A DNA stretch of 64,000 bases, taken from assembly GCA_032718475.1 (NCBI GenBank), contig JAUCBJ010007180.1, forward strand, positions 18,159 to 82,158, written 5' to 3'. Both the position numbers and the translations under genes were made by a program. This DNA comes from Nemertoderma westbladi (taxonomy: Eukaryota > Animalia > Xenacoelomorpha). The notes beneath the pieces are model-generated. The model did no database searches. It was not told the DNA's origin and was given only the letters and a program-made list of their open reading frames with translations. Position 1 is the stretch's first letter. Every line of letters starts with the position of its first letter. This document shows, piece after piece, positions 23,724 through 36,765 of this stretch.

Positions 23724-25345
23724 ATCTGCTATTTGGATTTATTAATATTATAAGGAGTTTATGTTTAGGCGAGCGGGCGTCGCTGCCTACCTTTCTTTGC
23801 CCCCGGACAGTGGGATTCTCAGCGCCGATGTACCGTCGTCGCGGTGTTTACGCCAACATGTAGCAACAGCACGACAACGATAACCGGCACAAGTCACTCC
23901 ACTGTCCGTCCCAAAGGCTTGAATCCACTTTAGGTTCTTTCTATAGGAGAGTTGGGCTACTTTCACAATTGCGACTAGCTACTGTAAACATACTTTAGCA
24001 GTAACATTCACCTATAAACGCACAAATTCCACACAACTGTCACCAATTGTACACATACAGGCCATTTGTCTGTTAGTCAGTGCCTTCCAGAATGTCACGT
24101 TATTACTGTGTATCCTTGGATACTAACAGTGTGCTATGCATTCTCTATGCTAGGCAATCGGACAAGCTTTCTATTGTTCTTTTAACTTGCTTCTAATTCT
24201 AGCGTGGGTGTTGCTATGGTGACATTATGGAAAGCTAGCGATAGAATTAGGGTAATTCTCATACATACAGATCTGGAATGCTATTTAATAGTAATTCTTT
24301 AATTGTCAATATCCTCCTTATGTATGATTTTATTAATTTTATCGGCTATTGACTATATGTTGGAGGTTCTCGCACTCTAATACACTCAATAGGAAGAATC
24401 TCCGCTCCCATGATCTATTAATTAATGGAATTTTGGGAATGTTATAAATTGCACAAATGACAATTTATGAAATTCATTTAAGATATGAATTTAAATTTAT
24501 TCCCGTGAATTTTATTATTTGATGGTAAAATTGACACAATTTTATTCCAGAGCATGTCTGGGGACCTAGGATCCTTAATTCTGTAAAATTGTCTTTTAAG
24601 AGTATCGGTAAGTGCTGCGATATCTTAATTGACTAGAAATTTTAAAGGATCTGAATTTTACAGATTTTAATAAATATTAAATTAATATTTAAGATGGGCA
24701 CCGATTTATTCCAGAACTTGTCTGGGGACGTTAACCACTGATTCTAGAATTTGTCTTTCAAGTATATCGGTGGGTGCCGCGATATCTTAATCGACTAGAA
24801 TTACAGATGGTCAAAAGGTTTAACAGATTTATTTGCGTTTTACGCTACTGTTATAGGGACATCACGCTACTATATGTATTATTTAATATAAAGTAGAAGA
24901 GCAATATCGCACGAAGCAATGTCAGTGTGAAGAGGCAAGTCGTTTCCAAGGTCTACCCAGAGCTTGGTTTAGCCGAGACACGAGGATCTGAACTTTGCAT
25001 TCCTAATACTCTGCCTACCAATAATACTTGAATATAGTAGTGGCTTTATTGTACTTTAATAAGTACGGACATTTCATCTTACTGTAGTCACGTATTTATA
25101 ATATGATACGGACAGTAAGGAAAAAGAAAAAATTATTTCTCGCCGTCACACTAAATATATATTATATATATGTAATTATGTAATAAACACTAATATATTG
25201 CACTAACCTACTAAATAATCTAAAATAACATTCTACTAAATAAAATTAAATAAAACGATTATAATAAAGTACATAATAAAGTTCGCATATAAAAATATAA
25301 TAAAAATAAATAGAATAATATAGTCATACACCCACTCCAGACGTA

Positions 25346-28300
25346 TCACGTTGGGGAGTCCCTAGATGTTTGAGGAATTAGGGAGGTGGTCGTGGGAAGA
25401 GTGTCTTGCCTTCCATAGTTTCCGGAGAGTTCTCTGTCTCTTTCCAGTAAACATAAACGACCAACTGGGCGGTTGAGTTGTTGCGTCTCAAAGATTATGC
25501 CTGGCTTCTTGAAGTTACGCCGCATGACGACGAGTTCTACCGAGCGTACTAAACCATCATCCGAGATGTGAGTCTCGATGATACGACCTGTCTGCCACCG
25601 TTTACGTGGAAGGTCTGAATCTACAATAAGCACCATATCTCCGGCGCTGACGTTTTCTTGCTGCGCAAACCACTTAGTTCGAAGTTGTAGCGTGGTCAGA
25701 TAATGTTTCTCGAAATGGTCAGCGAAACGACGGGATAGCAACTGCATAAGTTGCCAAGTTCGACGGCAGTATTCGTCTCCGTCGGTAATCTCCGATCGTG
25801 GGAGCATGGCTACAGGTTTCTTAAGTAGGAAGTGCGCGGGTGTTAGCGCTTCCAGGGAATCGGGACTCGATGAGACTGGCATAAGCGGTCTCTCGTTGAG
25901 ATAGGCAGCTATTTCCTCCATTAATGTCCGCAAAAGTTCGTCGGTGAGATACGCGCGGCATGGCACTATAAAGTGAAATGCGGTCTTGACACTTCTAATT
26001 AATCTCTCCCAACTTCCTCCCCACCAAGGGGCGTCGGCGGCGTTGAAGGTCCAGCTAGACGCTGTTATCCTTAGCTGATCGTCCACCTGTCTTTGGTTCC
26101 AGTCCTTCACATAAGCCTGGATTTCGTTGTTGGCACCAATGAAGTTCGTTCCCTTATCCGATCTCATGGTATTACTAGTCCCGAAGCGAGCAATCTGTCG
26201 GCGTAAACTTAATACGAAGCTGTTGGTAGATAGATCGTTCACCATATCGAGATGGATGGCTCTACAAGTCATGCATACGAAGATGACACACCATCTCTGG
26301 ACTATAGTCCTAGCACGATATACTTCAATAGGGCCAAATAAATCTACACCAGTATTAGTAAAAGGTGGTTCATAGAAGCTTACTCGTTCCCTAGGTAATT
26401 CTGCCTCTCGCTGTGTTAAAGGCCTACTGAATGCTTTCCTACAGGGTATGCAGTTCCTAAGAACTTGGTTCAGAGCTCTACGGGGTTTATCAAAATAATA
26501 GCGAGTTCGAATTTCGCTAAGAACTCGTTCTCTACCAGCATGATAAAGTTTACTGTGAACATCTACAATCATCTTGATTTGTACTTAAAGATTTCTAATG
26601 AGTATGGGGAATTTAGTGTCAAATGATAATGGCGCATTGGTGAGCCTTCCTCCAACACGTATTAACCCATCTATCATTGTGCTAGAGAAGCGATCCCTTA
26701 AGCGCATCTGCGGATTTCTCAACAACAGGAAATACTTATCGGATTCCTCATAGCATTGCAGGAGTCTCAGTATCTGCTTATTGGTTTCTTCATGCTCCTG
26801 GTAACTGATTTTTTCCTTTAGAAACTGGTCGGATGTCTTATATTTGGGTAAATTTTTAATAACATGAACTTGCGCAGATGTCAATGGAGCGGTATCACTA
26901 ATGGTCTTCGTCCTGGAGTAGTGATGATGAAAACATCGCCTTAAATATGTGACGGCTTTACAGAGCCGATTCCAGGAACTGTAGTGATGCATTGCTCTCT
27001 GCAGCAGGGGTGAGATTCCTTGCGAGACGTCTGGTGTTCCAGATTTCCAATCTCTATCTCTAATTTCCACAACAGACTTATTTGTGGCGAGGGATTGTGG
27101 ATCCGAAGCATCGTTTCCGGAAGTATGCAATACAGATAGATCGATCGTCGGTTTAAATAACTTCGATTTACTCGCCCGGGTTTTAGGTTTGACTTTCTCC
27201 GCTCCCTTGGCTTGTCTAATCTCCGCCGTAGTAAGGTGAGGAGGCCATTCATCCTCTTCCTTACTCAGGAAGTCGGGTCCACCCAACCAGTCTGGAGTAT
27301 CTATCAGCTCCTGTGGAGTCGCTCCCCTGGAGGCAATATCGGCTGGATTAATCGTACCAGGGCAATGTCTCCATTGATCTATCTTTGTGCGACTAAGAAT
27401 AATAGCTACTCTGTTAGTAACAAAAACGCTGAACTGACAGACTTCATTGGTTATATACTCCAACACGAGTAAAGCGTCGGTCCAATAAACAGTTTTCTCC
27501 AGTGGATAGTCGATTTGTTCTGTTACGTTCTGGCCGATGGCTGTAGCGTATAAAGCCGCTTTTAACTCCGCTCGAGGAACCTTTAACTTGTTGTTAACTC
27601 GCAGATATGCTACTATACCTATTCCCATGTCGCTGGCGTCTCCAAACACATGGAGTTGATAGGAATAAGTAGGGAGAACATGACCAAAATATGCACGGGA
27701 AATTATAAAGCTCTCAATGGCAGGTAGAGAATCTTCCCATTTCATCCACTTCTTTAACAGTTCTCCCTTAAGTGGATCGTCCCATGAGTGGTTTTCAAGC
27801 CGCATTTGTTGTACTAAACTCCGAGCAATCAATATAACTGGGCTAATAAATCCCAATGGGTCGAAATAAGTGCTCAGGATACTTAAACAAATCCGCTTGG
27901 TCTGAACTGGATTATCTCGCTGCTTTAGCTGAAAAAACAGGATATCTCTTTCTGTGTCCCACTTCAAGCCAAGCGTCTTGGTTTCTGGAAGATTGTCCTT
28001 TATTAAGTCTAGGTCTTTCGTTCCTCGGTCTTCTACCGGTATCGCTTCCAGAAACTCACGGGAGTTGCTGGTGAATTTCGTCAGTCGAAATCCACCTCTT
28101 TTCAAACACTCTACCGTTCCTTTCGCGACATCAATGGCTTCTTCTACTGATGGAAGGGACTTTAAATTGTCGTCCATGTATATATCGCGCTTGATGTTGT
28201 CTATCACCTCTTTGGAGAATGCGTCTCGGTTGTCATTCGCAGTGGTCCGCACCACGGAGCAGGCATTGGAAGGGCTTGATATGATCCCAAAAGCCTGGAT

Positions 28301-31300
28301 GGTCATCCAGTACTCTACCGGTTTCTGGTTGAGATCTCCTTCAGGCCACCACAGAAATCTCAGGCTGTCTCTATCTCTATCCAGCGCCTTGACTTGTAAG
28401 AACATTCCTTCTATATCGGAGGCGAACGCGATGGAATATTGTCTTAATCTTAAAAGTATTCCCAACAAAGATTGGAGTAAGTTGGGTCCTGGTAACAACT
28501 CGGAATTGAGGGATTGGCCCATATATAGAGCGGAGCCATCGAATACGACTCGTACTTCATGGGGTTTACCGGGTTTGGGAACGTAATGATGTGTTAAGTA
28601 ATACGTTCTCTCAGTCACTGGTGTTCCTTCCGGTACTCGCTCCGCGTATCCCTTTGTAATAAATTTCTTCAACTGAGTTTGGTACATTTCTTTAGCTGAA
28701 GCATTAGCCGTAAGGCGTCGATGTAATTGAGTGATTCTTTTCTCTGCCAAGGGTCTGTTATTTATAAATCTAGGTTCTCGTTTTCGAAATGGTAGGCCGA
28801 TTTCATATCTACCTTGATCTTTTAAAAAACGTGTAGTTGTTTCCTGGATTTGCTTGGCTCTTTCTTCTTCTATCGATAGGGCCTTATCGTATGAATTGGG
28901 CTCTACCAATTCTTTAGTAAAGAATCGTACGGCGAGTTCGTCCCGAGTTCTAGCGTTGTAGCGCTCTATCTCATCATTTAGTTCGTCATTGTAATCAATG
29001 GGTCCCGATGGGCGAATCAGTTGACATAGGTTCACCTGGTTTTTCCAAGTTTTGTTTTCTGTAAGTAGGTCGATTGTGTTCTCTTCATCGAAGAGTTGGT
29101 AGATGTCGTCATTATCTGAGGAGTATGGTGTTCCCTCAGTTAGTTCGTCCACCTCACTGCTCTCCACTTCCCAATCGTTTACTTGGTATATTCGTTCTTG
29201 TGGCATTCTCTCTTCGAGAGTTCTGCGGGAAGGGCCAGTAAAGTACCAACCTACTCTAGTTCTTACCGCATAGGTTTGCAGTGGCTGCGGTTGAGCAGGC
29301 CGTTTCTCCAATGTCTCGAGCGCCTCATGCGCGTTTTGGCCGATGAGTATTTGCACTCCAGGATAATCTGTCTGGAATCGAGGTATCTTAAGCTGTTGGA
29401 TGCTCTCATCCTCGTCCCAATTATAAAGTTCTGCTTGGGTAGTAGCGAAGTTCTTTATAGCCACCATTTTTACCGACCTTATACCTTGTGCTCCTAATTT
29501 ATCCTGGGGGGTGGACAACACACCTACATAGTAATCTGCCATTAGGGTAGATTTCCAAACCTGCATAATTCCTGACATATTCAATTTAGTCTGGAATTTG
29601 GGTTGTCCAGCAAAGATATCTTCGGCTAGTTCTTGATCGATGAATGTTCCTGTGCTGCCGGAGTCAAGGAGGGCATTCACTATGTAACTTTTGTTAGGAC
29701 CATGAACTCTTACCTGCACTACAGGAAATTCTCTGATTCCTACGTTGGAAGTTGGAGCTTTCCAAGATGGTTGTCTGGCAAAAGTAGTTGGGGGGAACTC
29801 AGTGTCGGTGTCCTTTTCATAAGTAAGTGCTCGATACACTGCGGTATTTATTAGGTAACAGGATTCGTTGGCGTCGGAGAATTCGTCAGTATAGAATCCT
29901 TCCATCTCAGACTCTTGATCAGTGTCATTTACATCACTGAATTGGACATGTAGTTCGGGCTCACTTACCTGACTCGGGTTGTCTCGTTCGAACTCACTGT
30001 GTAACAAGATGTGATGTTTCGCGCCACACTTTGCACACTTTACGTCGGAGTAACAGGTTCGCCGTTGGTGTCCTGATCTGAGGCAATTATAGCATAACCG
30101 CTTATCCCACATGACTGCACGTCTGTCTACAAGGGATTTCTTTAGAAATTCAGCACACGCACTCAAACGGTGGGGCCCGTCGCACAGCGCACAGTTTGGT
30201 TTGATGTTACTCACTTTACCTTGGGTAACGTGATGCACTCTCGTTCTTTCTTCGGGCTTTCTTCCGTGCATTCTGTTAGGAGACTGAGGAGGAGTCTTAG
30301 CAACCTGTTCTCTCCTATCTTTGGTTCGAGCCTTGTATTTACTTACGTCCTTTGAGGTTTTGTTAACGTAGTAAAATCGGTCAGTGTCTTTCCCGCTGTC
30401 CTCTTCTTGAGAAGCTTGGCTTTCGCCGTCGTCAGTGTAACATACTGGTGTTACTCTTCTCCTAGAAACGGGTTTCTCACTTACCTTATTTTCCGATGTT
30501 TTCTCTCTGGACTGCTTGATGAGTTATAGTTTTACTTCACCATCTAAGAAGGACATGAGATCAGCCATGGTAGGGCTTCGTTGTTGCTGCTCATTCATAT
30601 ACAACACTTTCTTGTCCCAACGCGTACATACTCCACCCTTTGGTAAAGTAGAGACTACTGCTCCAATAACCATGGAACTCTGATATTCATGAGACTTACC
30701 TAACCAGTCCAATTGTCTACAGATCTCCTGAATCTCATCGGAAAACTCTATAATCCCGCTACTAAGGAAGTTTCTGGGGGCTACTAATTTTGCATACAAA
30801 TACTTAGCTATGTTATCCTTGTTACCATACCTGATGTTTAATGTATCCCAAACTTGTCTTAATCCATCTGGATGTCCAATAAACTTTAACGCCATTAACT
30901 TGGGAGGTCCTTCCAAGCATTTGATGAGGAATCTAAGTTTCTCTCCGTTAGATAGTACAGAGTTCTGTATGCTATCTTTGTAATATTCATTAAAAGGTAA
31001 CCATTTCATCTCATCTCCATTGAATTTGACGATTTCTCCCACTTTGACCGCTTGGCGGGCTTCTGTTCTAGCCATCTGACGCGTAAAGCTTTCTTGGGCC
31101 ATCGTGTTATTTAATATCGAATTATCGGTATATAAATTTCCCGGATTATTATCAGGTCTATAGGGAATATCATTAACAACAGGTTTATAATCACCCTTAA
31201 TAGGGTTTGCTATAGGAGTTTCTACTTCACTAGCAGTATAGATGCGTGTAGGCTCCACACCTTGCGCATGTAATACTTCAGACCTAACAGGTTGACACAA

Positions 31301-33343
31301 TGTGACAGGGGGTATTGGTATACCCTTTTGTTTATTGACTAATTTGTCGCGTTCCAGCGCGATACTTTGCTGCACTTCTTGCAATTCTAACCTACTTTCC
31401 CTTACTGTTCCCTTAAATTGGTGGACAGTCTCCTGCATCTGTCCGAGCAGGAGATTCATCCCCCGCCGTCCCTCCTCTACCCACTCGACCGCCGAAGCGG
31501 GAGTCGCCAACATTGTAGCGGGCCGACGCGGGACGACGGGAGACAAATCTTTGATTTCTCTCTCAGTGTCCAGGACAGGGATATTCGCATGGACTGTTCT
31601 ACCGGGTACAGGCAGTGTAGTACTGTATAGAGGGAATTTAGAGTTAAGCTTTGGAAGTACAGGGGTCTCTAGCACAGGAGTGGCTTTGGGAACGACAGGC
31701 CTAATTATTTCAGGCTCATCAACTATAGTAGGGAGTCTTTTGACCTTAATAATTTGGTCTGTGGGTTCTGTACTACCTAAGTCTGTGCTAGCTAGTTGTC
31801 TTCTAACCGCTGGGGGCAAATCAGGCAATTTGTGACGGTGAGATGTTTTTCTACGCCTGCTTAGACGAGATCTATTTCCTCCGCCTTCAGGATTGGTGTT
31901 CTCGCCTTCCTCCGATGATGTGTATCCTTGGCGCTTGGGAGTAGATCGACTCATCATCTGCATTTGACTAGCAGTTAACTGTTTATTTATGCAGTCTTGC
32001 GTCTCTTGAAGATTTTCCAACTCCAGTTGGGTGGTCTCTTCCGACGCTCTCTGTTCTGCTTCTGCCAATGCCATTGCTGCTGCTGCTTTTGCTGCTTCTA
32101 CTGCCACTGCCGCTGCCGCTTTTGCCTCTTCCACTGCCGCTGCCGCCTTTGCTGCTGCTATTGCCTTTCTGTCCTCTATACGTTTTTTCTTTACTTGTTC
32201 TTCTTGGACTCTAGCGAGGCGGAGTTTTTCATCAAATTTAGCTTTGTTGGCAGCTAACATTTCCACATCGATTGAGTCCAACACAAGCTTGGCTCCTTCA
32301 CTATTGGGGCGAAGTCCAGCCTGTCGTCTCCTCAACTCTTCATCACCTAGGAAGCGTTGATAGTCTGACAGATAGATGTCTATGGCGTCTCTCGTCCGTG
32401 GTCTCTCTGCGGTCACTTCGCTTTCCACTTGAGAAAAGGTGGCATCGGTTGATTCTTCATAGGTTGGTCGCTCAGCCAGCTGGGATTTCCACTGGGCCGT
32501 TTCTTGTACTTTGAGACCTACCCGCTGGAACCAAGTCTTGACGGCAACTTGCAGCGACGTGTCCTGTCTTCTTTTGGAAGTTTCCTCAAAGGCTGATAGG
32601 ATTAGTCTAATGCGTAGGGTTCTTTCGCGTACTTGATATAGCAGCTCTTCCTGCTCTTGAGGTCATTGGGGTTGTCGAAACAGTTGTTCTTCTAATCGCT
32701 CTAAGGAGCCGAAGAATCCCTGCACATATCCTGCTGCCGACCTCTTCCAAACAGCTGGATCCATCGTATCTTTAGCCACTCCCATCCTGTGTATGTCTTC
32801 CCAAGTAGCTTCGGACAAATCTAACGGGAGTCCGGGTCCGGGAAAGTTCCATTGTGACTCGACAATAGACATCAATTCTTCCCTGGCGTATCCCGCATAA
32901 CTATCTTGGGTCGCTCGCTTACTTCTCGCCCAATCGACTTGGTGTTCCTCCACCGCAATGAATATAGTTGTTAATACTGCGGCAGGAAGGGTGAGAAGGG
33001 GATCCGAGTAGGCTGTAGCCGCCATCTGTACTCCGCGTTCGGGGGTCAGCTCTACAGTATCCGAACTACTGGAGCTATCGGGTCGCTGGGAACAAGTTTC
33101 TTGACTAGGATGTTGCTGCTGTTGGACAGCTGCTTCCTGGTTCTGTTTGACTTGGGCCCGAGTGCCGATGATTGACCTACGGTGTTGGATTAGCCTAGGG
33201 TCTGATACTACTACTGGAGGGATGACCTTTCTTTCAGTAGGAGGTGAGCTGAACCCCTTTCTTAATCGCTCCACACTCCTATCTGTGTCACAGATGGTTG
33301 TATCGATTAGACTGTCTGACAGGTTTTGCTTAGTGTCAGACAT
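25346..33343 (-). pseudogene. gag-pol: Element B single-frame gag-pol (~2660 codons) with 3 premature stops
   Basis: Gag knuckles CALCDGPHRLSAC, CYNCLRSGHQRRTC, CAKCGAKHHILLH. Protease LLDSGS; RT YMDD; RNase H FGDAS, RAEL, WTDA, NPADIASRG; integrase HHCC, GVDLFGP, SDKGTNF, GSWERL. Stops at 32663, 30524 and 26585. A 17-aa in-frame deletion in RNase H relative to A. Confidence 0.96.
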
Positions 33344-35384
33344 GCTTAGCTATACAGTTGAATGCTTACTGCTATAGTTACAGTTAAAGCAAGTCTAGTA
33401 ATTCAGTATGACCGTTGGCCTAGTACCGGTAATTTATTACAGTATATTAGAATACCGGTATACACTTATAATATATATAAGTATTGTAAACTAGGTTTGT
33501 CTCAGAATAACGGTATATAATTTTAACACAAATATATATAAATATATAATAGGCCTATCGTGAATACTGGTATACAGCCTACACTTATAGTATATAAGTA
33601 TAATTCTGGACTAGAATTAATTACAGAATACCGGTATAATTTCAGCCTAAATTTATAGAAATAAAGATAATAGGTCTATCGTAAATACCGATATATCAAT
33701 TATTTAAATAATTGAATTTCTGAATTTTAAAGGTTACTTAGTTACTTTAACTTACTTTACTACCGTTATTTAAGCAGTAGTCCAACTGATATTGAGACCT
33801 AGTTGTTGTATGGCAGGCCTACTATTTATAAATCGTTTGAGTTGATTTATAATATATATATACCCGTTTAAAATGGGTTTTGTCAATATTTGAAATAAAT
33901 GTTACTATTTCTGGGGGAGTCACTACACAGAAGCGGTGCGCTCTCAGTGAAGTGCTACTTATTGGACACTAAAACAGATAATTCTAATTTACCTAAGTTA
34001 CTTAATACTACAAATTACTTACGATACGGGTGAGATTAATTCTCTAATTAAACACAACAAAAATATTACGTACGAAATTTTAGGGTAATTTTACAGGAAG
34101 TCTACAAACCAGCCTAACAAAGGGTTAGAATTCTGGTTATTACAACGGACAGGGTACTACGGTATTTGAAAATAATAAGTAGTAGTAAATATATTGCGCT
34201 GTCCAGATAGGAAAATACCACCGTCTGACGACCTATAGCCGTATCGCTATAGGTACTACGTTATGTATCACGGAGTGTTCCTACCTGGAAGTTAATTACC
34301 GCGGACTACCAGATCCAACGTGCCTATTAACCACTTTACAACACAATACACTGCCTACACACTAATTACTTTCGGAAAGCACTGTACACTAAACCCTAAA
34401 TTAGGTACAAGTACTTATTAAAACAGATAACCAGCAGTTAAATATACTTGAACAATTAAAAGAACCACGGCATCTGCTGGAGTGACCGGAGCACAAAGTC
34501 ACCAGTCTTTACCTACGCCAAGCAGCCCGTGTAGTACCGGGGTTAATTTAACTATAACGGTATGTGTAACAAGCACAATTACTGTAGGAATAAACTTGGG
34601 GACATGAATGTTGCGAATAATCGTATAAACTCTGAATAATAAATATTACGCTACCCATACAGAATACTCAAACAAAATACAAAACAAACGCTGGCAGACT
34701 ACCACTAAGCCTAAATAAACTACAGTATGTGCAGATCCCAAAATGGTTAGTTAGTATGCGTTCTAACACGGTAGTACGACTTATTCTTTAGGAGGGGGTT
34801 GACCTTACAGCTCTGGATGCCCCAACTTACTAACTGGCACTTTATCAGACAAACTCTACACACGCAGCAATCTCTTCAGACCTAATAATAGCTAGACAAC
34901 AATCCAGCCTACAAAATATCTGAGTAATAACTATTACGGTACCTGAACAGACCACACAAACAAACACAGGCTAAAACGCTGGCAGACTACCACCAAGCCT
35001 AAATAAACTACAGTATGTGCAGATTCCAAAATGGTTAGTTAGTATGCGTTCTAACACGGTAGTACGACTTATTCTTTAAGAGGGGATTGACCTTACAACT
35101 CAAGATGCCCCAACTTACTAACTGGCACTTTATCGGACAGACTCTACACACGCCGCAATCTCTCCAGACCCAACAACAGTCAGACAACAGTCCAGCCTAC
35201 AATTATCTGAACAATCTGAGCAGACTTACACGTCTTCAGCTCAATATTAACTTACATGTAAATAAAACCGACAGAAATAAGTAAAATCTCAATAAAAAAC
35301 CAGGGCTGCAGTCCCTGATTAAATACTAAGACCTACCGGTATACAATAATCAAAATCGAACAATACTAATGTACTTATACTGGA

Positions 35385-35510
35385 AGTACCGGTTCAGGCA
35401 GTTAGGCCTACGGACCTACAGCAGTACCGGTTCTGGCAGTTGGGCCTACGGACCTACAGCAGTACCGGTTCTGGCAGTTGGGCCTACGGACCTACAGCAG
35501 TACTGGTTCA
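35385..35510. repeat. 38-bp minisatellite (~3 copies) in the leader of B
   Basis: CAGTACCGGTTCTGGCAGTTGGGCCTACGGACCTACAG in tandem; only a single degenerate equivalent in A. Confidence 0.88.
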
Positions 35511-35563
35511 GGTTTACCGGTCGACCGGTACTTTCAACTTTATTGCTTACTGCAATAAAGACA

Positions 35564-35574
35564 ATAACTGTTAT
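35564..35574 (-). promoter_or_regulatory. Non-canonical primer-binding position of element B
   Basis: Element-strand ATAACAGTTAT follows the LTR directly and is 11/11 complementary to element-strand ATAACTGTTAT at 36329-36339 in the LTR. Confidence 0.55.
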
Positions 35575-36765
35575 TGTACGCGCTTTTGAAGACCTTTAGC
35601 AGTTTAACCTGCCAAAATTTATATGTCTTTTGGTTTATAAATAGACTTTAGCATATGACAAGTATTTAATACCAATAAACACAACATTAGCCGAAGCCAG
35701 CCTAGTGCGCGTCCATTCACCCGCTGGATATACCCGGGAGACTGGATTCGGAGGGCTTAGATTGTTATTGCAGTGTAAGCTTACTGTATTATTCGATTGA
35801 TCGTTAATAAATAATTTCTGACGAGTATTATTCACTTTCGGGAAATATTAACAGTTCCTTTAGGACGTGGCGCTCTATCTAGGTAAACAGAGATATGTCT
35901 TATACTAAACACAACTGTAAGACTGTAAGGCTTATGATTCACGTATGAGGCGTATTCTTTAGGAAATGCTTAGTTATCAGCCACAATCATGCACACTACC
36001 GGTAACGCACGATACTGCACACTAATCTGCCGACCGTCAATGAATTTTATCATATATAAAGAGAACAGCAATTGACTCATGTAGTGCCTATCAAACCACG
36101 ATAATATAAGTCGCAATCGCTATATGTAACCTGTCTCTCTAACCTGTAGTGTATCAAGAAAATTGGAAAATTTGGGTTATTTATCGATGTTCTCCAAGTA
36201 ATAATATTCAACCAAACAACAGTAAAACCATTAAGACGGTAGGTTAAGATATGATATGACAATGTACCGATAATGTAACAATGATACGATCTGACGATCC
36301 GATTGGGTTGATTGAGTTGTTAAGGTTGATAACAGTTATACGTTCTATAATCTAAGCCTACTAATGTTTCTTCTAAAGTCTGAAATGAATTGACTCCAGA
36401 GCCTGTGTTCTTGGCCTAGATAGAAACAACAAAACTATAACACAGAAAACTATAAGACTGAACACTCCTAGCACGATCTGTAGAATATCTCCACATCGAC
36501 AGTAAAAATCGCCCTGATTGGCTGTTAAGCTAAACAAAGAACCATGTGTCCAATGGCCGTTTCCATGCCAGCAACCAGCTGTTAGATGTTGTAATCTGAA
36601 TCATCAAGGCTACACTGTGCTAGAGTATTTGACGCATTGCGGGTTTTGTGCCTGGCCATGTCCGCCAAAGCACACATATAGAAGAATGACTTTTATGTCC
36701 GTTAAAACACCTACAACGGTACTTTGCGGGCAATGGAACTGATTATATCCGCAAAAGCTTTTACA
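35575..36765 (-). repeat. 5' LTR of element B (1191 bp)
   Basis: TGTAAAAGC...GCGCGTACA on the minus strand; a diverged homolog of the A LTR. Confidence 0.97.

Larger units (their letters stand above)
21452..36765 (-). mobile_element. BEL/Pao LTR retrotransposon, element B (15314 bp), nested antisense in gag of A
   Basis: LTR pair, 5-bp TSD TCCAG (21447-21451 and 36766-36770), gag-pol homologous to A. A's frame joins across the insertion (GHP|DGLRQVW). Confidence 0.97.

Noticed and set aside
27954-28586. Antisense ORFs over RT and gag conserved in both elements (e.g. 27954-28586, 39130-39591, 31302-31835)
   Set aside because: Expected by-products of conservation on the coding strand; lengths and starts differ between A and B.
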